A DNA stretch of 64,000 nucleotides from Candidatus Poribacteria bacterium (GTDB lineage: Bacteria; Poribacteria; WGA-4E; PCPOR2b): the NCBI GenBank assembly GCA_965116925.1, contig OZ220744.1, forward strand, positions 1,280,001 to 1,344,000, in the 5' to 3' direction. Numbering within the stretch: the stretch's first letter is position 1; every line of letters starts with the position of its first letter. The notes under the pieces were generated by a model, which was not told the DNA's origin, searched no databases, and was given only the letters and a program-made list of their open reading frames with translations. This document shows, in pieces, positions 18,353 to 28,232 of this stretch. The translations under genes were made by a program, and so were the position numbers.

Positions 18353-20962
18353 ATGAATGAAAGAAATCTAAAAATCCTCGGGATACTGGCAATTCTCGTC
18401 ATCGTCCTGGTGCTGCACATCAAACTGTTCCAATTTAATGAAATCGTCCAACACGGTAACCTGCAAACGCTAGTCTGCCTCGGACGGGTGACAAAGATAG
18501 ACACGAGTGAAGAGGTCGATCAGATTATAACCTTCCGCGTGATTTCCGGGAGATTTCGCGGCGAAACTGTTCAGGTCAATAACATCTGGACAGGACGCGC
18601 ATTCGGTGATCGGGTGATACGAAAAAAGGACGTGCTTTTCCTTGAGATGCCCCTCAGACGCCAAGCGAAAACGACCCTGAGCGAAATACGTGACAACGTA
18701 CGAATGCTTGAATATTTCCGAACACCTTTTCTGCTCTATCTTGCGGGGATGTTGGGCATCCTAATAATTATGGTCGCTGGTATGAAGGGTATACGTGCAA
18801 TTTTGACGTTGTTCGTCACTGCCTTTGGCATTTTATACATTCTAGTGCCCTTAATGCTTAAAGGCTTCAATCCGATTGCCGCTGCCCTGCTTGTTGCAGC
18901 TTTGCTGACTGTCTCAACCTTTGTGCTGATTGCCGGGTTCAGTTTTAAGGTGATTCCCGGCGTGCTAGGCACCCTCGGTGGATTGGTCGCCGTTGGCCTC
19001 CTATCAGTCATCAGCCAAAAGGCAATGCTCTTCACCGGATTGGCACAAGAATTCGGATTTCTTGAACTCGGTATTGCCCTTTGGCGGACACCAGCTTCAC
19101 ACGGTTGGGATTTCAAGGGAATCCTTGCAGCGGGGATGATTCTGGGAGCCGTTGGTGCCATGATGGATGTCGGTATGTCTATCTCCTCCTCTGTCTATGA
19201 AGTCAAACAGGTCAACCCAAACGTCACTGTACGGCAAGCTATCCGTGCCGGGCTTAACGTAGGTCGGGACATCATGGGGACAATGGCGGACACCCTCATT
19301 TTTGCCTATCTTGGCGCGTACATGATCACGATGCTACTCCCTCGTATTGAATTTCCCGAAGTCGGATACCTCTACCCATTCCTCCGTCTGGCGAATGATG
19401 AAACAACCGCCGTCGCTATCACACAAGCGATCGTCGGAACCATCGGGTTGGTTTTGACTGTTCCAATCGCTGCGGTCATCGCCGGTGTCCTTACCAAATA
19501 TCGAAAAATCGCCCCTTCCGAGATTGATGAAGACCTGCCTTCAGAGGAAGAACTTGAAGAGCTTTTCCGCACTGATGACCCAAAAAGCAAAGCGCGTTTG
19601 GCCGTGCCGATAGCATTAATCGTCGTGCTTGTAGGCACACAATACTTCTACCATCGAATCAACCGCGCTTCAGCGGTCATTGTCGAGCATCATGACGCAA
19701 ACGGTAATCTCACCTCTAGATCGGAATATGCCAAGGGCAAGGTGATTAGTCTCCTTGAATCCAACGCTCCCCTCCTGTTTAGTGTGGACGTAACGGAGAA
19801 AGATAGTTTGGAACGTCGGCAGATTTCCGACGACCTACGGCGAGCATTTGAGCGTCATAACGTGCCACTATCAGAAGACCTCACTGTGTCAATCAAGGAA
19901 TGGAGAGATACCAAATGGCTCATTAGGGATGAGAAGAACGAGGTCACGTTTTCTGTTGGCGAGACGGAGGGGAAACTCAACGTTTACGACGCGACAACAG
20001 AACATCACATCCTAAAAATCGAGATGCTGTCAGGACTCTACAAAGGACAAACAGTCATCCTGCGGAACATTCTCAACCATAAAGTCGATCTACTGAGTAT
20101 CCCCGCCGAACCCGGAGATGTGATCTTATGTCGTATGGGCGGAACGCCGGATCAGGTCAGTCTAGTCAATCTCGTTCAAGAGTATGGGCGAGATCAGTTT
20201 CTAATTTGGATGTTTGGGTTGATGTTGGTGGTGATTATCATCGTGGGACGAAACGAGGGGGTGCGTACCGCCTGTGCGATGATTGGTTCAGGCTTAATCC
20301 TTTACTTTTTCATGATCCCGTTGATCTCGCGTGGCGAAAACGCTGTGTTGATTGTCACCCTGAGCTCCGGCATGATTGCTTTTGTATCCCTTGTATTCGT
20401 TATTGGTCCCAGTCGAAAGACCTTTTCCGCTGTGCTTGGCACGATGGGAGGTATCCTTGTCGCTGGGCTGCTTGTCATGTTCGCCCAAAATTACCTCCGT
20501 TTTTCAGGCTTGGAGAATGCGGTCTCGGCGGACATCATAGAAGCCACCCGCACACCGCCTTTCGATTTCCGACAGGTGCTGCTCGCAGGGATGTTAATGG
20601 GAGTGCTCGGTGTGGCTGTTGATGGTGCGATTGAGGTCGCATCCTCAATGGAGGAGATTCGACGAGCAAATCCAAACATGCCGACGTGGAGATTAATCAC
20701 TTCCGGGATGAACGTCGGCACCGATATCCTTGGGACCATGGTTAATACATTGGTGTTCGCTTATCTGGGTGTGGAATTCCTGTTTATCATGGCAGTCGCG
20801 ACACCCAATCTTGATCTCTTCCAATCTCCTACAATAGAGCTTTTGAGCGTCGGCATTGCATCCTCCGAAATTGTGCGCTTACTCGCTGGCACACTCGGAC
20901 TCGTCCTCACCATCCCGATGACCGCCACAATTTCAGCCATCTGGAATCGGCGTAGAAACTAG
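18353..20962 (+). CDS. Membrane protein with two YibE/F domains
   Basis: AG..LGA..DV..SI.S...E and G.NVG.DI.GTM..TL.FAY.G motifs each occur twice. Confidence 0.85.
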   Translation: MNERNLKILGILAILVIVLVLHIKLFQFNEIVQHGNLQTLVCLGRVTKIDTSEEVDQIITFRVISGRFRGETVQVNNIWTGRAFGDRVIRKKDVLFLEMPLRRQAKTTLSEIRDNVRMLEYFRTPFLLYLAGMLGILIIMVAGMKGIRAILTLFVTAFGILYILVPLMLKGFNPIAAALLVAALLTVSTFVLIAGFSFKVIPGVLGTLGGLVAVGLLSVISQKAMLFTGLAQEFGFLELGIALWRTPASHGWDFKGILAAGMILGAVGAMMDVGMSISSSVYEVKQVNPNVTVRQAIRAGLNVGRDIMGTMADTLIFAYLGAYMITMLLPRIEFPEVGYLYPFLRLANDETTAVAITQAIVGTIGLVLTVPIAAVIAGVLTKYRKIAPSEIDEDLPSEEELEELFRTDDPKSKARLAVPIALIVVLVGTQYFYHRINRASAVIVEHHDANGNLTSRSEYAKGKVISLLESNAPLLFSVDVTEKDSLERRQISDDLRRAFERHNVPLSEDLTVSIKEWRDTKWLIRDEKNEVTFSVGETEGKLNVYDATTEHHILKIEMLSGLYKGQTVILRNILNHKVDLLSIPAEPGDVILCRMGGTPDQVSLVNLVQEYGRDQFLIWMFGLMLVVIIIVGRNEGVRTACAMIGSGLILYFFMIPLISRGENAVLIVTLSSGMIAFVSLVFVIGPSRKTFSAVLGTMGGILVAGLLVMFAQNYLRFSGLENAVSADIIEATRTPPFDFRQVLLAGMLMGVLGVAVDGAIEVASSMEEIRRANPNMPTWRLITSGMNVGTDILGTMVNTLVFAYLGVEFLFIMAVATPNLDLFQSPTIELLSVGIASSEIVRLLAGTLGLVLTIPMTATISAIWNRRRN

Positions 20963-21077
20963 TGCTCTGTCAGGCAAATTATGCTTGTCTATATGGATTG
21001 AGACTCATAATACTTCGTAGGGGTCGGGTCACCCGACCCCCTTGTTGATATGCAAAACTTATATGACTGAGTACTAG
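20959..21077. mobile_element. MITE shell with CTAG flanks and GTAG-REP cargo
   Basis: CTAG-TGCTCTGTCA...TGACTGAGTA-CTAG; internal GTAGGGGTCGGGTCACCCGACCCC. Confidence 0.6.
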
Positions 21078-21098
21078 CACCAAAGGTTCATAGTTGGA

Positions 21099-21944
21099 TC
21101 AATACTCAACCCGTGGACGGACGACTGTCTCTCCATCTTCTTCAAGCAGTGGACGATTATAGATGTACGGCGGTTCCAAAAGCGCGCGTTGCGCCTCGGT
21201 CAACTCATCAGCCCATTCGGGAAATGTCACATCATAGTATCCCCCGGCATAGTGCAGGTACTTTGGCGAATAACGGACAAGCAGCGAACGGCGTTCGCGC
21301 TCGTGGTTTTTCCAAGGGAGTGTCCCGTGGATTGTCGCCTCGTTGAAGATAATCATATCGCCTGCTTTCGCGGGAACATTATAAACAATCTCCTGATTGG
21401 CTTCCCACTCCCTGATCTCCTTTGGACAGGGGAAATTTGCCTTGTGGCTCCCCGGAACGACACACAGTCCGCCATCTCCCTCCTCGACATCTACAAGCTG
21501 ATACTGAAGTACCACCATCCCGCAACGCATCTGTCCGTTGGTGTAAATATAGTAAGCCGCGCCAAAAAAGTGGTGGTTAGTCGCACCGTGAAGGAGCAAG
21601 CCCTCGGTGCCGGGATCAGACGTTAAGATGAAAGGGGAGTGGTCCAACCGCCAGCCTCTTCCATGGATAGCATCTAGATAGGGAATCGCCTTCTTATGGA
21701 CAATGATCTCTCGAAATGGTTGGCACCACGGCTTGGGCCACGACAACATGCCGGTGAACATACCGCGTTTGTGTGTGCCGGCAAGCGTTTTGGATTCACC
21801 GACAGCCGAGTTATCGTCGTCAACCTGTTTATCGAGATTGGCGTCAACAGCGGCGTTGAGAGCATCAACTTCCTCTGGTGCCAGGACATCTTTCACCACA
21901 AGAAAGCCCTGTAAATCAAATAAGAATTTTTCGCGTTCGTTCAT
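21099..21944 (-). CDS. Phytanoyl-CoA dioxygenase (PhyH) family Fe/2OG enzyme with HxA motif
   Basis: FDLQGFLVV, DGGLCVVPGSH, KAGDMIIF..TIHG and RRSLL motifs; LHGA in place of HxD. Confidence 0.88.
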   Translation of the reverse strand: MNEREKFLFDLQGFLVVKDVLAPEEVDALNAAVDANLDKQVDDDNSAVGESKTLAGTHKRGMFTGMLSWPKPWCQPFREIIVHKKAIPYLDAIHGRGWRLDHSPFILTSDPGTEGLLLHGATNHHFFGAAYYIYTNGQMRCGMVVLQYQLVDVEEGDGGLCVVPGSHKANFPCPKEIREWEANQEIVYNVPAKAGDMIIFNEATIHGTLPWKNHERERRSLLVRYSPKYLHYAGGYYDVTFPEWADELTEAQRALLEPPYIYNRPLLEEDGETVVRPRVEY

Positions 21945-22215
21945 TTTTCTCCTTCCAATACCGAACATAGTTGTAGCTGAAGTGTAAGTCATAATGATAG
22001 ACGTTTTGTCCTTGTCGTCATCATACAGAAAAGCACTACATCTGTCAATTCCTTTTCGCTCATATGATACTCCAACTCCTCTCGTGGGTACAGGTTTCTA
22101 ACCTGTACGAGCCCGGAAGTCAGCCAATCTGCGCGACGCCAAGGATTCACCCAGTGTTCTGATTGCTCAACTGCCTGATTCCTATAACAGATGCGATTGC
22201 CATTGAAAAAAGCCG

Positions 22216-22244
22216 TTGACTCACCAATCAATCTGATGTAGAAT
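22216..22244 (+). promoter_or_regulatory. Sigma70-type promoter
   Basis: TTGACT-17bp-TAGAAT. Confidence 0.65.
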
Positions 22245-22268
22245 GAGACGATGGATTATCCATTAATT

Positions 22269-22372
22269 TATAGTGAATTCAAAAAACAAATGGACACTTC
22301 CCCCAGACCCGGTAGGTGCGGTTTTCAACCGCACCGGTTTGGTGTGTCTCATTAATTCTAAGATCTACTATA
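22269..22372. mobile_element. MITE shell family A, GGTAGGTGCGG..CCGCACC cargo
   Basis: Family A ends; lies between the promoter and the start codon. Confidence 0.8.
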
Positions 22373-22428
22373 AATTTGTCTATTTTCAAAAGCGGGCTTG
22401 TCCCATTCCACAACAAAGGAGCATACAG

Positions 22429-23460
22429 ATGAGCAACGATACAATTCGTGTAGGTGTTGTCGGTGCTGGTGCGAACACAAGAACACACCATATTCCAAAA
22501 CTCCAAGCCATTGACGGCGTCGAAGTTATCAGTGTTTGCAACCGGAGCCGCGAATCCTCAGAGCGGGTCGCGCAGGAATTCGGTATTCCGACAATCTACG
22601 AAAACTGGCAGGAGTTGGTTGCCGCTTCAGATACCAATGCAATCGTTATCGGCACCTGGCCCTATATGCACTGTCGCGTCACATTGGCAGGGCTAACAGC
22701 AAACAAGCACGTGATGTGTGAAGCGCGGATGGCGATGAATGCACAGGAAGCACACGCGATGCGAAATGCTTCCCGTGAAAACACACATCTGATCGCGCAA
22801 ATCGTCCCTTCTCCGTTCTCGCTGCGCGTGGATAACACCATCAAACGTCTCCTCGCTGACGGTTATATCGGTGATGTCTATGCGGTTGAAGTCCGTGCCG
22901 GCGGCACGTTCTTGGACCCTGACGAACCCATGCACTGGCGCGATGACTTCAACCTGAGTGGGTTCAATATCATGAGCATGGGAATCTGGTACGAGGCACT
23001 GTTGCGTTGGGTCGGTGAGGCGACCGAGATCATGGCAAAGGGGAAAACCTATGTCAGGATGCGCAAGGATGACGACGGTATCATGCGTCCTATCAGGATT
23101 CCACAGCATATCGACATTGTAGGGGACATGGCGTGTGGCGCACAGCTTCACATACAGATTTCCAACGTCGCCGGTTTGGTTGACGGTCCCGAAGCGTTCA
23201 TCTTTGGCAGTGAAGGCACCTTGCGGTTTGCCAATAACAGCCTCTACGGTGGACAGAGGAGTGACGACGCACTTGCTGAAATCCCCATCCCTGCTGATGA
23301 GGAAGGTGGTTGGCGGGTGGAAGAGGAGTTTGTCAGCGCGATTCGTGGGCATGAAGGCATCACCCATACGAACTTTGAAGATGGCGTGAAATATATGGAA
23401 TTTACCGAAGCCGTTACGCGCAGCATGACGAGCGGCAAAGCGATTTCGCTACCGTTGTAG
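22429..23460 (+). CDS. Gfo/Idh/MocA oxidoreductase
   Basis: RVGVVGAG and KHVMCEARMA motifs; AAGGAG RBS before ATG 22429. Confidence 0.9.
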   Translation: MSNDTIRVGVVGAGANTRTHHIPKLQAIDGVEVISVCNRSRESSERVAQEFGIPTIYENWQELVAASDTNAIVIGTWPYMHCRVTLAGLTANKHVMCEARMAMNAQEAHAMRNASRENTHLIAQIVPSPFSLRVDNTIKRLLADGYIGDVYAVEVRAGGTFLDPDEPMHWRDDFNLSGFNIMSMGIWYEALLRWVGEATEIMAKGKTYVRMRKDDDGIMRPIRIPQHIDIVGDMACGAQLHIQISNVAGLVDGPEAFIFGSEGTLRFANNSLYGGQRSDDALAEIPIPADEEGGWRVEEEFVSAIRGHEGITHTNFEDGVKYMEFTEAVTRSMTSGKAISLPL

Positions 23461-23540
23461 TTTGAAGTCGTAAAAAGCGATAGGTTCGTATATTCTTTCC
23501 GTGAGGCGTTGAACAAACAATCTTTAGAGAGGGGGAACCG

Positions 23541-24383
23541 ATGAATATCGTGAAAACCGATTGGCGTACGCTGTCGCTGCCTGAACAGATTCGTCACCTT
23601 GAGGTCGAGGGCTATGTGGTGCTCCCTGATGCGCTTACGCCGGAGAAGGTGGAGCAGCTGCGAGTGGAAACTGCCCATCTTCCTACCGAGCGCAGCAGCT
23701 ACCATGACCGACAGGGCAACGCTACCTGTCAACCCCAGTGGCATGGACTAGGCTTGGGCGAACTGATCGCCAATCCACCGGTCATTGAATTCCTTGAGCA
23801 AGTGATCGGGACTGATATAATCTTCTTCAGCGGTGGCTACCGATACTACGAACCGGGTGCGATTGGTGTCGCTATGCACACCGACGGCTACCCTTACGGC
23901 TCAAATCTCGGTGGTTACCTCTGGACAGCCCCGGTAATCGTCAGGGTTTCATACTATCTGGATGATCTCACGCCGGAGAACGGTCCTTTCCGCATCCTCC
24001 CACGTTCACACCTCTGCCTTCATCCCGATGCACAACCTTATATCCGGTACGACGCCCATCCCGAAGAGGTCGCGCTCCCGGCGAAGGCGGGTGACGCGGT
24101 GCTTTTTGGTCCCCGTATCTTCCACGGTGCCCATCCGTACAAGGGAGCAACTGGTATACGTCGAGTGTTGCTCTACGGCTATCGTCCCGCGTGGGCATCA
24201 CCCGTTCAACCTGTGGACGAGTGGGATGCGGAGGATTTAGCGGAAGCTCCCGATGTTGCACGTCGTTTCCTTCAACCGCTTAACACCAAAGGTTGGAGTT
24301 GGGACCTTGACCATCGTCCTGAGGACATGTTCGGGCGCGACGGTGCCGGTGTAAACCCAAGTCGGTGGGGGAACGTCGATTAA
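23541..24383 (+). CDS. PhyH family Fe/2OG dioxygenase (canonical HxD)
   Basis: EGYVVL, MHTDG, ENGPFRILPRSH, KAGDAVLF..FHGA and RR motifs. Confidence 0.9.
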   Translation: MNIVKTDWRTLSLPEQIRHLEVEGYVVLPDALTPEKVEQLRVETAHLPTERSSYHDRQGNATCQPQWHGLGLGELIANPPVIEFLEQVIGTDIIFFSGGYRYYEPGAIGVAMHTDGYPYGSNLGGYLWTAPVIVRVSYYLDDLTPENGPFRILPRSHLCLHPDAQPYIRYDAHPEEVALPAKAGDAVLFGPRIFHGAHPYKGATGIRRVLLYGYRPAWASPVQPVDEWDAEDLAEAPDVARRFLQPLNTKGWSWDLDHRPEDMFGRDGAGVNPSRWGNVD

Positions 24384-24401
24384 TTACTAACACGTCATTA
24401 T

Positions 24402-24671
24402 CAGGACTAACGCCTTTCATCTTATAGTTGTCCGGTTCATCAGGTGTTTCGGCGCATGGTCAAAATCCACAGCCATCGTAGGCGGGGCATCATGGGTTTT
24501 AAGAAATTAAACGGGTAATTTTATATTTCCCTAGACCCGGTAGGTGCGGTTTCCAACCGCACCGGACATCGCTCGGAAATTACCCAATTAATAAATTAAT
24601 CTTCATCTTGCCCTGCATTGGCACGGAAGCATTGAAATATAAAACCTCAGCATTCAACTGCGTAGGTCCTA
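24402..24671. mobile_element. MITE shell family E with nested elements
   Basis: CAGGACTAACGC...GCGTAGGTCCTA; flanks ATTAT/ATTGT (4/5). Confidence 0.65.
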
Positions 24672-24708
24672 ATTGTATCGAATCTCCTAAAGGAGGTGGC
24701 ATCACGTA

Positions 24709-26736
24709 ATGAGAACTATACGGTTTAGATGCCTCAGCTTGGGTCAGGGAAGTAGTGCTGCTCACCCGAATCAATGTATGTGGCAGGCACTAAAGATACT
24801 GATTCTAGTCGTCGCGGTAGGAATTACGCAGAATGCTTGCCTTTCAACAAACACCTACAGACTAGCGGAACAACGTGTCCAAGAGAAGGACTATCAAGGC
24901 GCGATTGATATCTACCAAACGGTAATTGACGAAAAGCCGAGCACATCCGACGCACGCAAAGCACAACTAGCCATTGCCGAATTACACATTGATAAAATAG
25001 ATCAGCCAGAAGTAGGAGTGCGCATGTATCAAGAGCTGATCGCCGCCGCCCCTGACAGTGACGAGACCGTAGAAGCACACTATCGTTTAGGGATTTACTA
25101 TTTCAGTACGATGGACTATGAATCGGCACAGAAATCCTTTGACACTATCGTCAACCAATTTCCACACCTTGAGCGCAGCCATAACGCACAACTGATGCTT
25201 GCAAAGAGCCACGAAAAGGCGCAAAACTTTGAGAAAGCAGTGGAGATCTACGACAATGTCGCATATCGCCATCCGAATACAAAGCGCGCGAGTCAAGCAC
25301 TCATCAATAAAGCGCGTATTCAGAAGGACTTTCTAAAAGACAAAAACGAAGCAAAGCGAACCTATCAATCGCTGGTCAAACGGTACGGAAGAATCAAAGA
25401 AGCGGGTGAAGCAATTGAACAGGCAAAACAGGAACTCCGATTCATGGGGGCAAGTATCCCTGAACCGGATTCGTTGTTAACGACAAAATATGAACGCCTA
25501 TCAGAACAGCGAAAAGAACGTCGTGAACAAGACCGTCTGAAGAATAGAGTTACTCGTAGTCCGGTAATGGATGATGCAAACTTAGCTATAGAATCCGCTT
25601 TTGGCGTAAATCTTCAGGAAGTCATACAAGGTGTAGGACCAATTCGATTGGATGAGCAGGGTACGCATTATAATGCCATGCTGATGATTGCTACTGCTAT
25701 GTTCCAAGCCGAGAATTATCGGGAGGCAGGTGCATTATACCACCGAGGAATCAAGATTGCAGTGCAGAATGAGGCAAGGGTGGATCCATATCACTACGTG
25801 TCCCTGTCCGTCTGCTACCGCAAGATTGGATTACATCAGCGGGCGCGTCAAGTGTTGAAAGAAGCGCTGAAAAAAGACAAGAAGATTCTTGATTCCATCA
25901 TACTATCGGGGTCAAACCACTATGTCAATGGGGAGTACAAAAAAGCAATTGAGGTCTATAGTTCTGTCTTAGGACTGAGTCCTACCAAGACACCAGGACT
26001 TTACTGGAGACTTGGTTTAGTTTACCAAAAGATGGGGGAAGTGGAAAAGGAGCGGGAGTACTTTGAACGTGCTATCGCCGCCGACACGGACCACACCGAC
26101 GCGCTGCAAAGCCTTGCTGAAGTGCTTCACTATCGCCTGAACGATACAGCAAGTGCTGAAATCTTCCAAAATCTTGTTGATGCACAAAACGGCAGTGCCC
26201 TGTCCGTCGAAACAACCTACGCCGGCGAAAAAGCATTGGCGGATATCTGTTACAAGTATGGTAATTATCCCCGTGCAAAATCGAAATACGAGGCTGCCGC
26301 ACGTATCAACCAGCGCGAAAAAGGAAACGTTACCAGCAAAGTCAAAGAGCGAATACTTAATAACCAGAGCATTTACGCGATCGTTCATGCTGCGATGGCC
26401 GCATACAAGAGTGAAATGGAAGATGCAGCACAAGCCATGATAGATGCACTTATCACCGAGTATCCTGAACACTCCCTGATACCATACGGACAGGGACAAC
26501 TTGCTCTGCTAAAAGGAGAAATGGGAACCGCACTTGCCGCCTTTAAGGCATCTATGGAGAAAGACCCGCATTCGGATATCGTACCTCTCGCGCTTGGTGA
26601 ATACTACCTGTCGCAAGGATTTGCGGATGATGCCGTAGCGTTATGGGAGGAATTCATCAAAACCAATCCCAATCCGAATCACCATCATCGTGTGCAGCGT
26701 CATCTCAAAGCGGCAAAGACTCAGATAGCGCATTAA
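24709..26736 (+). CDS. Tetratricopeptide-repeat protein, possible lipoprotein (BamD/CpoB-like N-half)
   Basis: Many TPR helices; hydrophobic stretch ending QNAC; alternative start at 24778. Confidence 0.85.
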   Translation: MRTIRFRCLSLGQGSSAAHPNQCMWQALKILILVVAVGITQNACLSTNTYRLAEQRVQEKDYQGAIDIYQTVIDEKPSTSDARKAQLAIAELHIDKIDQPEVGVRMYQELIAAAPDSDETVEAHYRLGIYYFSTMDYESAQKSFDTIVNQFPHLERSHNAQLMLAKSHEKAQNFEKAVEIYDNVAYRHPNTKRASQALINKARIQKDFLKDKNEAKRTYQSLVKRYGRIKEAGEAIEQAKQELRFMGASIPEPDSLLTTKYERLSEQRKERREQDRLKNRVTRSPVMDDANLAIESAFGVNLQEVIQGVGPIRLDEQGTHYNAMLMIATAMFQAENYREAGALYHRGIKIAVQNEARVDPYHYVSLSVCYRKIGLHQRARQVLKEALKKDKKILDSIILSGSNHYVNGEYKKAIEVYSSVLGLSPTKTPGLYWRLGLVYQKMGEVEKEREYFERAIAADTDHTDALQSLAEVLHYRLNDTASAEIFQNLVDAQNGSALSVETTYAGEKALADICYKYGNYPRAKSKYEAAARINQREKGNVTSKVKERILNNQSIYAIVHAAMAAYKSEMEDAAQAMIDALITEYPEHSLIPYGQGQLALLKGEMGTALAAFKASMEKDPHSDIVPLALGEYYLSQGFADDAVALWEEFIKTNPNPNHHHRVQRHLKAAKTQIAH

Positions 26737-26742
26737 CGTATT

Positions 26743-26833
26743 GGCTTATGTTAAGAAATAGTGCAAAGAAACCGAGTTTTTTCTTGAAAACTCGGTTTCT
26801 CTTTGCATTTTGCACTTTCTTTTGATATGAACC
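26743..26833. mobile_element. MITE shell family B (GGCTCAT ends, 8-bp TSD)
   Basis: Flanks AACGTATT/AACGTACT; GAAACCGAG..CTCGGTTTC hairpin; lies between convergent genes. Confidence 0.8.
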
Positions 26834-26901
26834 AACGTACTTAAGTCCATTCTTTAAGAATAGTGCGTAATGCGTAAAATCTTTTCTTTATGTATCACAC
26901 A

Positions 26902-28176
26902 TCACAAACGCATATCCTCCGGCAAGTCACACATCTCCGCCATCGGACCGAAAATCCCGGTGACATCCTTTCGATATACATTCCCGCTGAGGATGTCAAC
27001 AATACCCTGTTGGCATTCTGGAAAGCGTTTCAAAAATCTTGCGAAACTGAAATCTTTGGTATAGAAGGCGTAAACCAGTTTACGGATAGCTTCCATTCCC
27101 GCCACAAATTCAGCACCGAAACTTCCCAACTGATCCGCTGAAAAATTCTCCTTTTCCAACGCTTCATTGATGGTATCCGCTGCCATTTCGCCGGATTTAA
27201 GCGCGAGAAATAATCCAGAAGAGTAGACGGGATCCAGAAATCCGAAGGCATCTCCCACTAACACCCAGCCGTCTCCAGCCATACGGTTGGCGCGATACGA
27301 AAAATCCGTTGTGACCTTGACCGGGAACAGTTGCTTGGCATCAGCAAGACGTGGTCTCAAGGCAGGACACTTCGCGAGTTCTTCGTCAAAAATCGCTTGG
27401 TGGGATAGGGTGCCATCACTCCTCCTTCGGTCTTGCAGGAGATACCCAAGATCGCCCACGACACCCACACTCACACGATCATAGGGGAGCGGAATAGACC
27501 AGAACCAGGAATCCTTGCTCTCTGTGTGGAGAATTAATGTCGCCCCCTCATCAATTCCTTCGTCCCGAATCCCGCCCTCAAAATGGGTGAAGATCGACGC
27601 TTTTTTCAGTGTTGGTTCTATAGTGTTTATCTTCAACTTCCGTGAAATCAAGGCACTCTGACCTGTCGAATCCACCACCACCTTTGCCGAAAGCTCTTCC
27701 ACCCTTCCGTCCGCAAGTTTCGCTCGGACACCAACAGCCCTCTCTCCGTCAAACAACACCTCATGCACACTGACACCGCGCCGAACTTCCGCCCCTTTTT
27801 TCTCTGCGTTTTCGAGCAGCATCTGGTCAAACTCACTCCGCAACACCTGCCAAGTCATAGAGGATTCGTGGGGATCATTTCGGTAAAAATAGAAGGGCGC
27901 AGACGCTTTACCAGAGCTCGAATAAAATTGGACACTATACTTTTCAGGAAAGTGACTATCTTTCAATTTTTCTAGAACCCCCAATCGCTGAAATGTCCAG
28001 TAAGTCGCTGGCATTAGCGATTCGCCTACTTTGAATTGGGGAGACTTATCACGTTCCAAAAGCAGCACCCGATGACCTTTTTCTCCCACTAACGTCGCAG
28101 CGGTACTTCCCCCGGGCCCACCACCAATAACGATTACATCGTAATTTTCATTCTGAATTGCGTCTGCTTTTTTCAT
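26902..28176 (-). CDS. Flavin-dependent halogenase-like oxidoreductase
   Basis: GGGPGG, KVGESL, FPEKY, WFWSIP and GDAFGFLDPVYSSG motifs. Confidence 0.8.
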   Translation of the reverse strand: MKKADAIQNENYDVIVIGGGPGGSTAATLVGEKGHRVLLLERDKSPQFKVGESLMPATYWTFQRLGVLEKLKDSHFPEKYSVQFYSSSGKASAPFYFYRNDPHESSMTWQVLRSEFDQMLLENAEKKGAEVRRGVSVHEVLFDGERAVGVRAKLADGRVEELSAKVVVDSTGQSALISRKLKINTIEPTLKKASIFTHFEGGIRDEGIDEGATLILHTESKDSWFWSIPLPYDRVSVGVVGDLGYLLQDRRRSDGTLSHQAIFDEELAKCPALRPRLADAKQLFPVKVTTDFSYRANRMAGDGWVLVGDAFGFLDPVYSSGLFLALKSGEMAADTINEALEKENFSADQLGSFGAEFVAGMEAIRKLVYAFYTKDFSFARFLKRFPECQQGIVDILSGNVYRKDVTGIFGPMAEMCDLPEDMRL

Positions 28177-28232
28177 AGTTCAAATAGCTGTTGTGTCTCA
28201 TGCCAGCTAAACAGTTCGGAATAGACATTATA

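Noticed and set aside
22273..22428. N-terminal extension of the Gfo/Idh/MocA ORF
   Set aside because: Read-through of a family A MITE; the RBS supports ATG 22429.
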